In this document: piece by piece, positions 49,057-58,432 of the stretch | Layout of the letters: each line of letters starts with the position of its first letter | Position numbering within the stretch: position 1 is the first letter of the stretch | Assembly: GCA_045615665.1 (NCBI GenBank) | Contig: JAZLFJ010000053.1 | Location: 89,531-153,530, forward strand | DNA from: Bacilli bacterium | GTDB lineage: Bacteria; Bacillota_I; Bacilli_A; RFN20; CAG-826 | Length of the DNA: 64,000 bases | Direction: 5' to 3' | The notes under the pieces: model-generated | What the model was told of the DNA's origin: nothing | Seen by the model: the letters and a program-made list of their open reading frames with translations, nothing else | Databases searched by the model: none | Program-made: the position numbers and the translations under genes

Positions 49057-49085
49057 ATTCTATTTTTTATTCCAGAAGTTAGCAA
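49057..49085 (-). promoter_or_regulatory. lepA promoter positioned for a leaderless mRNA
   Basis: TTGCTA (49085-49080), 17-nt spacer, TAGAAT (49062-49057), 7 nt to ATG 49049. The -10 contains the stop codon of the upstream helicase gene. Confidence 0.55.
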
Positions 49086-51393
49086 CTTCTTCTTTTACAT
49101 CCTTTAAGGAAGTAACGACTTTGTATTGAGGCCACTCGTTTCTAAAGAGGTCAATATAAGTCTTTGTTAAATAGCGATCATCAATTAATAGAGCTACCCC
49201 GCGATCAGATTCGCTTCTAATAACTCTTCCCACCGCTTGCATAACTTTGTTAATGCCTGGATTTATATAAGCATAGGAATAGCCATTTCCAGAAGTTTTT
49301 TCAAAATATGAGCGAATCAAATCTCTTTCAAAACAAATTTGAGGAAGACCAACTCCAATAACAGCAACTCCAATGAGGCGATCGCTAACTAAATCGATAC
49401 CTTCGCCAAAGGCGCCACCGACAACAGCTAATCCTACGGTCGTGTTCTTAGGTTTATCGACAAAGCAAGATAAGAATTGCATCTTATCAATTTCACTCAT
49501 ATCGCGCTCCTGAATGATTAAATTCGCATCCATATCTTTTAGATAAGGGGCAAGTTGGTCTAAATATTCATAACTTGGAACATAGACAAAATAATTGCCT
49601 AAACGGGCTTCCACCATTGCTTTGATATATTGAGATACTTCTTCAAGTGTTTTGCTTCTATTCTTGTAACGAATCGAAACAGTTGGAGCGACTAATAAAT
49701 CAAGATTTTCCTTTGGAAATGGCGATGCTAATTTTAGCAATGGATCACTTTTAGCCCCACCTAATAAATCGACATAATATTCAGCTGGCGATAAAGTAGC
49801 TGAAAAAATAATCTTAGCTTTCACCTTGTTTAAAGCCATCTTTATTTGACCTCGTGGGTCTAAGCAATAGAGAGTAATTTTCGTCTCTCCTGACGGCGTT
49901 TTTGTGACATATAGAGTAAATGAGGAGTCAAAGACATCGTAAAGTTTTGCAAATTTATTTAATTCAAAGAAAAATTCGGTGAAGTCTTCATTTATTTCAC
50001 TATGGTGATGCTTATTAACATCGCTTGAAGCAAGAAGATAGGCATTTATGCCTCTTAAATCTTCTTCCTCAAGATGGTCGATAATATAATCGCCAGGTTC
50101 AAGCATCTTATATTTATTAAATATTTTCGAAATTCGTTTAATAGCATTTTTAATTTTTCGATGTTCCAAATTATGGACAGATTTCTTTGCTTTCTTAAAT
50201 AAGAAAGAGTTAAAAGATGCTGAATACATTTCTCTAGCGCGGTCCACCAAATTGTGCGATTCATCAACTAAAACGATCATCTTCGAAGCATCTTCGTCAA
50301 AAAATCTTCTTAGATACACCATTGGATCAAACAGATAATTGTAATCACAAATTATGATGTCACTATAAAGAGACAAATCTAATTGAAGCTCGAACGGACA
50401 GATTGTGTATTGCTTTGCAATATCAAGTATTGTTTCAGGTGAAAAAAGTAAGTTCTCTTTAATTGCTTTACTCACTGCTTCTCGAATATGAGTGTAATAG
50501 TCTTTAGCGAACGGGCACTCATCTGGATTACAGCCTTTACCAGGGCAAAGACAAATTTTATCTTTTGCAGTAATTGTAATAACCGATGCTTTGAGTCCTT
50601 TTTCAAGAAGAAGCATAGCGGCTTTATATGCAGCAACTCTCCCAGAGTTCTTGGCAGTTAAATAAAAGATTTTATCATTGGTTTCACTCGAAAAAGATTT
50701 GGCAAAAGGATATAAAGTCGACATCGTTTTACCAATCCCAGTTGGAGCTTCAGCGAAAAGAAGACCACCGTTTGTAGCGATGCCATAGGCATATTTAGCT
50801 AATTCTTTCTGCCCTGCCCTAAATTTCGGAAACGGAAATTCTAATTTGGAAGCAGTTTTATTTCTCTCTTGAGTTCTATCAAAAACAAATTGATAAAAAT
50901 CTAAATATTCGCTTAAAAGATTATCAACATATTTTTGTAGTTCGTCTCTTTTAAAAGAGAAGTTCTTTATCATCTTCGTATTTTCGATTTGGTGAATATA
51001 GGTTAACTGGACCACCACTTCATCGAGATGATAAAGTCTCGCATACATTAAGGCGTAGCATTTCGCTTGACCTAGATGCCATTCTTTTTGTGATTCAAAA
51101 TATTCCTCTAAAGGAGAGATGGTTGATTTTATTTCATCGATTGTAACTTTATCGCCGTCGATAATAACCCCATCAGCGCGTCCTTCAATATTGAAAGTAA
51201 AGTCTTTGACTTTGAATGTGTCTTTTAAAAAGAATTCTGGATAATAGTTCGCACTTTGTCTTGACTGATGAAAAGAATGAATCTTGGTTCCTTCGCTCAT
51301 CGTCGTTTTGTTGTATACTCGATTATCGATATCACCAGTTCTAAGTAAAAAATCAACAAGTTGATGGACCGATAAAGACAAAACTTTTTCCAT
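49060..51393 (-). CDS. PD-(D/E)XK nuclease domain fused to an XPD/DinG-family Fe-S helicase
   Basis: N-terminal GRADGV, DEIKS and QAKCY nuclease motifs. [10 protein letters not shown], a four-Cys cluster ([13 protein letters not shown]), VDESHN and QAVGRVIRS. Confidence 0.75.
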   Translation of the reverse strand: MEKVLSLSVHQLVDFLLRTGDIDNRVYNKTTMSEGTKIHSFHQSRQSANYYPEFFLKDTFKVKDFTFNIEGRADGVIIDGDKVTIDEIKSTISPLEEYFESQKEWHLGQAKCYALMYARLYHLDEVVVQLTYIHQIENTKMIKNFSFKRDELQKYVDNLLSEYLDFYQFVFDRTQERNKTASKLEFPFPKFRAGQKELAKYAYGIATNGGLLFAEAPTGIGKTMSTLYPFAKSFSSETNDKIFYLTAKNSGRVAAYKAAMLLLEKGLKASVITITAKDKICLCPGKGCNPDECPFAKDYYTHIREAVSKAIKENLLFSPETILDIAKQYTICPFELQLDLSLYSDIIICDYNYLFDPMVYLRRFFDEDASKMIVLVDESHNLVDRAREMYSASFNSFLFKKAKKSVHNLEHRKIKNAIKRISKIFNKYKMLEPGDYIIDHLEEEDLRGINAYLLASSDVNKHHHSEINEDFTEFFFELNKFAKLYDVFDSSFTLYVTKTPSGETKITLYCLDPRGQIKMALNKVKAKIIFSATLSPAEYYVDLLGGAKSDPLLKLASPFPKENLDLLVAPTVSIRYKNRSKTLEEVSQYIKAMVEARLGNYFVYVPSYEYLDQLAPYLKDMDANLIIQERDMSEIDKMQFLSCFVDKPKNTTVGLAVVGGAFGEGIDLVSDRLIGVAVIGVGLPQICFERDLIRSYFEKTSGNGYSYAYINPGINKVMQAVGRVIRSESDRGVALLIDDRYLTKTYIDLFRNEWPQYKVVTSLKDVKEEVANFWNKK

Positions 51394-51407
51394 GCGATAA
51401 TTGTAAC

Positions 51408-51437
51408 AAAAAAGGGCTACTATAAATAGTCCTTTTT
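51408..51437. terminator. fmt terminator (bulged hairpin)
   Basis: GGGCTACTAT..ATAGTCC stem with A and T runs on either side. Confidence 0.55.
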
Positions 51438-51444
51438 ATAAAAC

Positions 51445-52380
51445 CTATTTTGCGATTGCTCCGCTTAGGTGCCTCGAGCCATTTGCGAAACTCTTAGCGT
51501 CCATCTTCTTTTTGCCTTCAAGTTGGACTTCATCGAGTTCTATTTCTCCATCGCTTAATTGAAGAATTACTCGCTTAGAGATCGTTATTGTACCGACTTC
51601 GGAATTCCTATTCTCAGATATTTTATGAGCTTTATAAATTTTGAATTTGAGATTGTTCAGATAAACATAACCACCTGGTTCTTCGCTTAATCCGCGAACC
51701 CAATTTAAGAATAGATTCGTTGGTTTAGATGAATCTAATTTTTCATCTTCTGGTCTAATTTTATCCGCAAAAGTGACTTTATTTTCATCTTGTTCAACGC
51801 CTTTTAGATTGCCTTCAAGATATGACATTAAATTGTTTTTGATAACTCTATTCCCACATTCGACGATCTTGTCGCACAAGGAAGAATAGTTTTCATCAGG
51901 CAATATCTCACATTCCTCGAAAGCAAACATCTTACCAGCGTCCATTTTGTCAATCATTTCCATTAATGTAACGCCAGTTTTCTTCTCACCTTCGATAATT
52001 GCTCTTTGAATTGGAGCGGCTCCACGATATTTCGGTAAAATCGAACCATGAATATTAAGACAACCTAATGAAGGAATATCAAGAAGTCCTTGAGGAATGA
52101 TTTGGCCATAGGCCATAGTCAAAATTAAATCGGGTTTAAGTTCTTTAACAAATTCATAATCCTTACGAATTCGGTGTGGTTGATAAACAGGAATATTATA
52201 TTTTTCCGCTACTAATTTAGTAGGTACTTTTTGAAGGATAGCTTTGCGTCCTTGAGCTTTATCTTCTTGGGCTATGAGAGCGACAATATTAAAACCATCT
52301 TGTATAAGATTCTCAAGTATTCTAGCGCTCATCTCTGGAGTGCCCATGTATATGATTCGATAATCGATTTTGGACTTCAT
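51445..52380 (-). CDS. fmt: Methionyl-tRNA formyltransferase
   Basis: IIYMGTPE and HGSILPKYRGAAPIQ motifs. ATG at 52380 sits 7 nt after a consensus -10. Confidence 0.9.
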   Translation of the reverse strand: MKSKIDYRIIYMGTPEMSARILENLIQDGFNIVALIAQEDKAQGRKAILQKVPTKLVAEKYNIPVYQPHRIRKDYEFVKELKPDLILTMAYGQIIPQGLLDIPSLGCLNIHGSILPKYRGAAPIQRAIIEGEKKTGVTLMEMIDKMDAGKMFAFEECEILPDENYSSLCDKIVECGNRVIKNNLMSYLEGNLKGVEQDENKVTFADKIRPEDEKLDSSKPTNLFLNWVRGLSEEPGGYVYLNNLKFKIYKAHKISENRNSEVGTITISKRVILQLSDGEIELDEVQLEGKKKMDAKSFANGSRHLSGAIAK

Positions 52381-52387
52381 ATCCGTA

Positions 52388-52416
52388 ATTATAAAGTTAG
52401 ATTTAATGATTTTCAA
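52388..52416 (-). promoter_or_regulatory. fmt promoter positioned for a leaderless mRNA
   Basis: TTGAAA (52416-52411), 17-nt spacer, TATAAT (52393-52388), 7 nt to ATG 52380. Confidence 0.6.
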
Positions 52417-52460
52417 TCATGAGAGAATTTGCTATCATATGAAAATCGGGGAGATAAAAT

Positions 52461-54464
52461 ATGGCAATTGATAACAAACAAGTTAAGAAGTTCTTTGAAT
52501 CAGCTGCTGCACTACTCAACACTTCAAAGACGCTTCAAGAAATATTTTTAGCCGCTACAACACTACATAAAAAAGAAACAGCTATCACCTATATTAACGA
52601 AAAAGGAAAAGTTGTTTCTTATAAATATAAGAATTATCGTTCATTATGTTTCGAAACAGCCTCTAAGCTTTCTCAAAAGTTCCACGAACTTCCAAAGAAT
52701 TCTGTCGTTGCTTTGAAACTCAAAAACTGTCCAGATTGGCCGCGTCTATTCTGGGGCATCCTCATGAATGGATTTGTTCCATTTTTAATTGATGCAAAAC
52801 TTCCAAAAGAAAATACCGAAACTCTCTTAAGAGAATCTGGCGCCAAAGGAATTGTCACTGGGGAAATCTTTTCCTACGATATTCCAACAGTTAACGTCGG
52901 TAGACTAGATGAGCTTAAAGTTAACTTTAAATTTCCAGTTACTTGGGCTAACCAAGTCATCTTCTGCTCCAGCGGAACAACTGGTAATGTCAAACTAATG
53001 GTATTTGATGGCGCAAATCTCTGTCACCAAATCGCCGCAAGCTTAGACATGCCAAATACAACCAATGACATCATGTATCCTGGTGAACTCAATATAGTTG
53101 CCATTATTCCGTTCCACCACATCTTCGGTTTCGTAGCTGTCTTCCTTTGGTATACTTTCTACGGCAAGAATATCGTTTTTGTCAAAGATCTTTCACCAAG
53201 CGAAGTCACTTCAACATGTCAAAGATGTGGAGTTACCCATGTTTATAGTGTTCCACTATTTTGGGATTCACTCGCTCAATCGGTTGTACGTAAAGCCGAC
53301 TTAGATGGACCAAAGAAGGCTGACATCTTATCAAAGATGATTGCATATAACACTCACAAAATTGATAACGTTCAAGCTGGACAAGGCGCTAGCGCAATCA
53401 CTCTAGGATTTGTTCGAGGACAACTCCTTGGCAAAAAAGTTCGCTATTGCATTTCTGGTGGCGGATATATTTCTGCTGAAACAATGAACATTATCAATGG
53501 TGTTGGTTATCCATTATATAATGGATATGGAATGACAGAAGCCGGTGTTGTCAGCGTTGAGCTTTCACCTAAAGTTGAATATAGACTTAAAGGTTCAATT
53601 GGTAAACCACTCCACGGTGTCGAATTCAAATTAAGAAACACAACCAAACTCCATCCAAATGTTGGTGAGCTTATGATTAAATCAGATATCACCCACAAAA
53701 TCGAGATTATCAATGGAGTTGAACAAACCCCAGAACTCATCGATGGATTTATGCCTACAGGCGATATCGCTGAGTGCGATGAAACTGGATTTTATTATAT
53801 AAAAGGTCGTATCAAAGACATCATCATCAACGAAAATGGTGAGAATATTTATCCGGATGAAATTGAAGACTACTTCAAAGAAGTTCAAGGTGTCACAAAT
53901 GTTTGCGTTGTCGGTGTAAAAAAAGGCAAATCAACTCACGAATCCATCACCGCAATATTTGAAATTGCAAACGATGTCGATGAAGAAAAACTCAAAGCGA
54001 TGAAAGCTAAGATCGACGAGATTAACGCCTCGCTTTCTAATGAAAAGAGAGTGCAAGACTTCTTCGTTTCGAAAGAAAAACTTCCTCTAGCTGCTTCAAT
54101 GAAAGTCAAACGCTTCCAAGTCCGTGAACTACTAAAAATCAAAAAAGGCGCTTTCGTTTCCTTCGATGAAAAGAAAGAAATTAAGAACTTCGATGGTTAT
54201 AAAAAAGAAGATGTCGAACCAGTCGTTAAAAAAGTACGTAATCTCTTTGCAAAAACTTTATATCTTCCAATCGTTAAGATTGGAGATGATGACCACTGGA
54301 TCAATGACTTAGGTGGAGATTCAATGTCATACATCGAACTCATTAATTCAATTGATGAATCCTTTGGAATCAAAATTCCAGAAGAATTATACGCGAAACT
54401 AACATCAGTAAATGAGTTTACTGAGGCGGTTTTAAATCTCAAAGGAGTCAAAAAATCTAAATAA
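52461..54464 (+). CDS. Adenylate-forming enzyme (acyl/aryl-AMP ligase) fused to a C-terminal carrier-protein domain
   Basis: SSGTTGNVK, GYGMTEAG, TGD and KGRIKD core motifs. C-terminal LGGDSMSYIELI phosphopantetheine site. GGGGAG RBS. Confidence 0.75.
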   Translation: MAIDNKQVKKFFESAAALLNTSKTLQEIFLAATTLHKKETAITYINEKGKVVSYKYKNYRSLCFETASKLSQKFHELPKNSVVALKLKNCPDWPRLFWGILMNGFVPFLIDAKLPKENTETLLRESGAKGIVTGEIFSYDIPTVNVGRLDELKVNFKFPVTWANQVIFCSSGTTGNVKLMVFDGANLCHQIAASLDMPNTTNDIMYPGELNIVAIIPFHHIFGFVAVFLWYTFYGKNIVFVKDLSPSEVTSTCQRCGVTHVYSVPLFWDSLAQSVVRKADLDGPKKADILSKMIAYNTHKIDNVQAGQGASAITLGFVRGQLLGKKVRYCISGGGYISAETMNIINGVGYPLYNGYGMTEAGVVSVELSPKVEYRLKGSIGKPLHGVEFKLRNTTKLHPNVGELMIKSDITHKIEIINGVEQTPELIDGFMPTGDIAECDETGFYYIKGRIKDIIINENGENIYPDEIEDYFKEVQGVTNVCVVGVKKGKSTHESITAIFEIANDVDEEKLKAMKAKIDEINASLSNEKRVQDFFVSKEKLPLAASMKVKRFQVRELLKIKKGAFVSFDEKKEIKNFDGYKKEDVEPVVKKVRNLFAKTLYLPIVKIGDDDHWINDLGGDSMSYIELINSIDESFGIKIPEELYAKLTSVNEFTEAVLNLKGVKKSK

Positions 54465-54527
54465 CAATTGTTTATAATCATTAAGTTTGCTAAACTTATG
54501 AACGAACATTTTTAAGAGGTATTTAAA

Positions 54528-54794
54528 ATGGCGCAAATCAAATCACAAATTAAAAGAATTGGAACTAACGAAAAAGCTCGTCAACGCAATGTTGCTTATA
54601 GAAGTAGAATTTCTTCTCAATCCAAGAAGGTTCGCGTTGCTTGCGAAAAGAAAGACGTTGAAGCCGCAAAAAAGGAATTACAACTTGCTCTTAAATTAAT
54701 CGATAAGAGCGTTACTGCTGGCGTTTATACCCGCAATACAGCTGCACGTAAAAAATCTTCTCTTACAAAGTTAGTCAATTCTCTTGCTAAATAA
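54528..54794 (+). CDS. rpsT: 30S ribosomal protein S20
   Basis: MAQIKSQIKRI.. 88 aa. AAGAGGT RBS. Confidence 0.9.
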   Translation: MAQIKSQIKRIGTNEKARQRNVAYRSRISSQSKKVRVACEKKDVEAAKKELQLALKLIDKSVTAGVYTRNTAARKKSSLTKLVNSLAK

Positions 54795-54795
54795 T

Positions 54796-55746
54796 CTAAT
54801 TTGGAAAATTAATTAGAAATAATTCAAGTCCATAGAAGCGGTCAATCTGGCCGCTTTTAATTTGATAATCAAGGTAATATAAATCGTCTAAAGCATGAGC
54901 GATTTGTCTTCTAGACAAACGTCTACTATTTCTAAGTGAGATCTTAACTCTCCATTCGTTTGCTTTTAATTCGGATGCGATTTCTTTTTCATCTAAGCCT
55001 TTACTTGATAAAAACAAGACTTCGCTAATGAATCTAAATTGTGATCCAAGCATTGGAATTAATCCGTCCGTAGAATTTGAGCCCTGTAAACAAATATCGC
55101 GGAATATCGCTAATGCATTTGCATTGTCGCCCTTAAAGAGCGCGTTTGTAATTTGGAAAGCATCATCTTCAAGTGGCTTAGCAACCATTAAAGTTATATC
55201 CGCAATACTAAGATGATCCTTATATAAGCACAGCTTCTCGGCTTCGTTTACAAATCTAGATAAATCACCATTCACTCTTAAAGCGAGTTCTTGAACGGCG
55301 TTTTCATCAATAACGACATTTCTTTCTTTAAAATATTTGCGAATATAGATTGGCCATTCTTCTTTTTTTAGATTTAAGAATTCGAGGATTTCACCATTAT
55401 TTTTTATATAGTCTACAATTGGGTTTTTATGATCGATATTTTCGTTTCGTAAAATAAAAATAATATTGATGGAATCGGAACTATTTTCTAAAACTGAAAG
55501 TATTTTTTCAACTGTATCTTTATTGCTTTTTGGCTCCAAAAATGAGGCTTTATCAATAACTACGGCTTTAGAGTCGTATCCTAATGGAAGCATGCTAGCT
55601 TCATCGCAAATTTCGTCGACGATGTCATTCGAAAATTCAAATTTGACGACATTAAAATCATCAACTTCTTTTAATCTTTCTTTTAGGATTTTTCCGAGAC
55701 GTTTTTTAATCATCGGATATTGTTCGCCATAAAGAATGTAATTCAT
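54796..55746 (-). CDS. holA: DNA polymerase III delta subunit
   Basis: 316 aa. Follows comEC as in Bacillus. Confidence 0.8.
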   Translation of the reverse strand: MNYILYGEQYPMIKKRLGKILKERLKEVDDFNVVKFEFSNDIVDEICDEASMLPLGYDSKAVVIDKASFLEPKSNKDTVEKILSVLENSSDSINIIFILRNENIDHKNPIVDYIKNNGEILEFLNLKKEEWPIYIRKYFKERNVVIDENAVQELALRVNGDLSRFVNEAEKLCLYKDHLSIADITLMVAKPLEDDAFQITNALFKGDNANALAIFRDICLQGSNSTDGLIPMLGSQFRFISEVLFLSSKGLDEKEIASELKANEWRVKISLRNSRRLSRRQIAHALDDLYYLDYQIKSGQIDRFYGLELFLINFPN

Positions 55747-55765
55747 TATTTTGAATTATACACTA

Positions 55766-57775
55766 TTATGCAAACATCGACACATAAGAAATTGTTCCCT
55801 CTAAATCTGTGCGACGTATTTTAACATTGTATTTTGTTAATGTTTCAATAACTTCTTTATTTGGGTGACCATATTTGTTTTTCGCGCCACAAGAGATGAC
55901 TGCTTCGCTAGGCGAAGTAGCTTTAATAAATTCTTCACATGAAGAAGTTTTTGAACCATGATGCCCTACTTTTAAAATGTCACAATCAACATCGATTCCA
56001 CTGTTAAGAATATACTTTTCACTTTCAATTGAAGCGTCGCCTGTAAAAAGCCACTTTTTCTTCATGAAATCAACTAAGAAGACGAGGCTAGAATCGTTTT
56101 CATCGCCATCATAATAATTGATATTTTCAAGTTTTATATCTCCTACTTTAATAGGAAAATCACTTCGTTCTTTTAGGTAGCTTTTAACTTTAAAGTTCTC
56201 TATAAGAGAACTAGCTGCTCCAGCATGGTCAAAATCATCATGACTTGTCACTAATAAATCGATGTGAGAAACTCCTATTTTTCTAAAGTAAGGAATTAGA
56301 GTTTCTTCTGCCATATCGAATTTGGTGTTTCCGCCAGTATCAATTAGGACATATTTGTTCCGATTACAAAGAAGGATGGAATCGCCCTGGCCAACATTGA
56401 TGAAATGAACTGAATTATTTGGGAGTCTGATTGGTAAGATGGATATAGTTAGAAAGCTGACCAAGGCGATCGCTACGTTTCTTAAATGTCTGATCCTTTG
56501 AGATTCTAAGAGATAGAGGGCCAAAATTAAAGAAGCGTAGTAAACGAGAAAGAACCACTCATTTACCTTTATAGGTAAAGAGATATCGAGTTTTAATAGA
56601 GATTTTGATATCCCTACTAGGAAGTTCGAGTAGGAATTTATAAGGCTCGTAAGAGGTAATCTAACAATTGATGGAAGGATGAGAATTATATATATCGTAA
56701 TAAAAGGAATAAGCATCAACTGTAACGGAAATGAAAATAAATGAAATAGGTTCTTATTTGCGAACATTATGGGGAGAAGGAACAAATAAGCAAAGATGGA
56801 CAAGTAATATTTTCTTTTCCTGGATGGGAAGTAATTGATTCCAGTTCGATAAAACACTCCTAGTAGGGATAATAAAAATCCTATATAAAATGTCTCTTGA
56901 TATACCAGGTGGTAGTCGATGATGAGAAAGAACAGAGAGAGACCACTTAACAAAGTTAAGTACGAGAATCTCTTTTTTAAGAAATGTTCATTTATATATC
57001 GGAGCGAAGTTAGTAGGAACACCCTTAGAATCGAGATTCTCGGGAAAGAAAATAAAGCTATCGGAGAAAATAGTAAGATCGGGACGAGTTCTGCAACTTT
57101 TTTAGATGAGAAGAGACCAAAGACATACGTTGTCCCTTTGAATAATGAATGTAGATAAATCCCGCTGATCGATACTAGATAAATTAGATTGAGTTCAGCA
57201 AAAGCTGCTATAGCAGGATTTGAGTAATCTTTTTCATTGAACAATAAGGCATCTATAAGCCCTTGAGAATTCTCATTAAATTTAGCCAGGAAAATCTTTT
57301 TGCGACTATGAAGTCTAATCGGATTAGTAAAATCAGTTTGATAATCCTTTATTTCTAGGCTTCTTGTAACACCTTTATCTTTAAGATAATTCGCGAAATT
57401 AAACTGGGATTCATAAGTGGTTACTTTGAATTCGCTAGGTTTGCTTTTTATGGTGAGAAAATCACCGATTTCCTTATCTGAGTTCTCGTCGTAAACGTAA
57501 TATTTTTCAAAGTGGCTTTGGAAGATGAAGTAATTTTCTTTAACTTCCACCACCATTCCTTGATAAATATTGTCTTGATTATCGTATTTGATATTTAAGT
57601 TTCCGATGAAGGCGCCGCCGATAAAGACTATTAGAAATACTATCGCGCGCTTCTTAGAAAATCTTACGAATATAAATACAATATAAACAAGACTAATGAT
57701 GATGCTTAAAGCAAGATTATTTCTAAAGAAATATAATCCGAGTACGAGTGATATCGTTGTACATAATAGACTCAT
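55766..57775 (-). CDS. comEC: DNA internalization channel ComEC (competence plus MBL domains)
   Basis: Polytopic competence domain and a C-terminal MBL (HFINVGQGDS..SHDDFDHAG). Confidence 0.85.
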   Translation of the reverse strand: MSLLCTTISLVLGLYFFRNNLALSIIISLVYIVFIFVRFSKKRAIVFLIVFIGGAFIGNLNIKYDNQDNIYQGMVVEVKENYFIFQSHFEKYYVYDENSDKEIGDFLTIKSKPSEFKVTTYESQFNFANYLKDKGVTRSLEIKDYQTDFTNPIRLHSRKKIFLAKFNENSQGLIDALLFNEKDYSNPAIAAFAELNLIYLVSISGIYLHSLFKGTTYVFGLFSSKKVAELVPILLFSPIALFSFPRISILRVFLLTSLRYINEHFLKKRFSYLTLLSGLSLFFLIIDYHLVYQETFYIGFLLSLLGVFYRTGINYFPSRKRKYYLSIFAYLFLLPIMFANKNLFHLFSFPLQLMLIPFITIYIILILPSIVRLPLTSLINSYSNFLVGISKSLLKLDISLPIKVNEWFFLVYYASLILALYLLESQRIRHLRNVAIALVSFLTISILPIRLPNNSVHFINVGQGDSILLCNRNKYVLIDTGGNTKFDMAEETLIPYFRKIGVSHIDLLVTSHDDFDHAGAASSLIENFKVKSYLKERSDFPIKVGDIKLENINYYDGDENDSSLVFLVDFMKKKWLFTGDASIESEKYILNSGIDVDCDILKVGHHGSKTSSCEEFIKATSPSEAVISCGAKNKYGHPNKEVIETLTKYNVKIRRTDLEGTISYVSMFA

Positions 57776-58314
57776 CTCAAGCGAATATAATTCTTTATCT
57801 TTTCGAATGTAGCGTTGCCTATTCCGTTGACATTCTTAACATCTTCAATTCGACCAAACTTATTTTTCGAAGTTCGATAGCTAACAATCGCTTTAGCGAC
57901 GGTTGAGCCAATACCAGAGATGGTTTGAAGAGTTTCTTCGTCATCACCGTTTATATTGACTTTAGTAATCGGATCCATGCTACAAACATCAGAATTGTTG
58001 TATTTTGGAGCGATATAAAAGCTCATCGAATCTTCTAATAAATAAGTCGTGTCATACGCAGCCTCATCAGCGTTTGTTGTAACGCCACTAGCTAAAGAGA
58101 TCAAATCTCCTAATGTTGTATTAGGTTCTAAAATGTAAGTTCCTGAGCGAGTCACCTCTCCAGAAATTGACACGCTGATGGAATTTCCACTCGCTGAAAC
58201 TAATGTCGAAGCGTTGTTCGCAACAATTGGGCTAGTCGTGTTCGGGTCAATGAATTGGAAGATGACAATCATAATGACCGCTGTAACTAAGACGGCTGCA
58301 AAAACTTTGACCAT
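57772..58314 (-). CDS. comEA: DNA receptor ComEA
   Basis: N-terminal TM helix, SLBB-like region and a C-terminal double helix-hairpin-helix (ISGIGSTVAKAIV..VNGIGNATFEKI). Confidence 0.8.
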   Translation of the reverse strand: MVKVFAAVLVTAVIMIVIFQFIDPNTTSPIVANNASTLVSASGNSISVSISGEVTRSGTYILEPNTTLGDLISLASGVTTNADEAAYDTTYLLEDSMSFYIAPKYNNSDVCSMDPITKVNINGDDEETLQTISGIGSTVAKAIVSYRTSKNKFGRIEDVKNVNGIGNATFEKIKNYIRLR

Positions 58315-58334
58315 AGCTTTTTATCTCCTTTCAC

Positions 58335-58374
58335 TAAACTTATTACTGAGGTTTTTATGAAAATTTGCGAAAAA
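58335..58374 (-). promoter_or_regulatory. Bipartite motif copy 2 (upstream of comEA-comEC)
   Basis: Identical TTTTTCGCA-N15-CTCAGTAATAAGTTTA between the valS terminator and an AGGAG RBS. Confidence 0.5.
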
Positions 58375-58384
58375 TTTTTGTTTA

Positions 58385-58410
58385 AAGAAAAAAGATGGCA
58401 AAGCCATCTT
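58385..58410 (-). terminator. valS terminator
   Basis: AAGATGGC-ttt-GCCATCTT stem plus TTTTTT. Confidence 0.8.
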
Positions 58411-58432
58411 AATTCACTAAAGAATTTTTACA

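Noticed and set aside
58351-58380. A/T tracts upstream of comEA read as ComK boxes (AAAA-N5-TTTT).
   Set aside because: No pair of properly spaced A4-N5-T4 boxes could be aligned in either the comEA or the C39 upstream region. The shared conserved blocks are different sequences.
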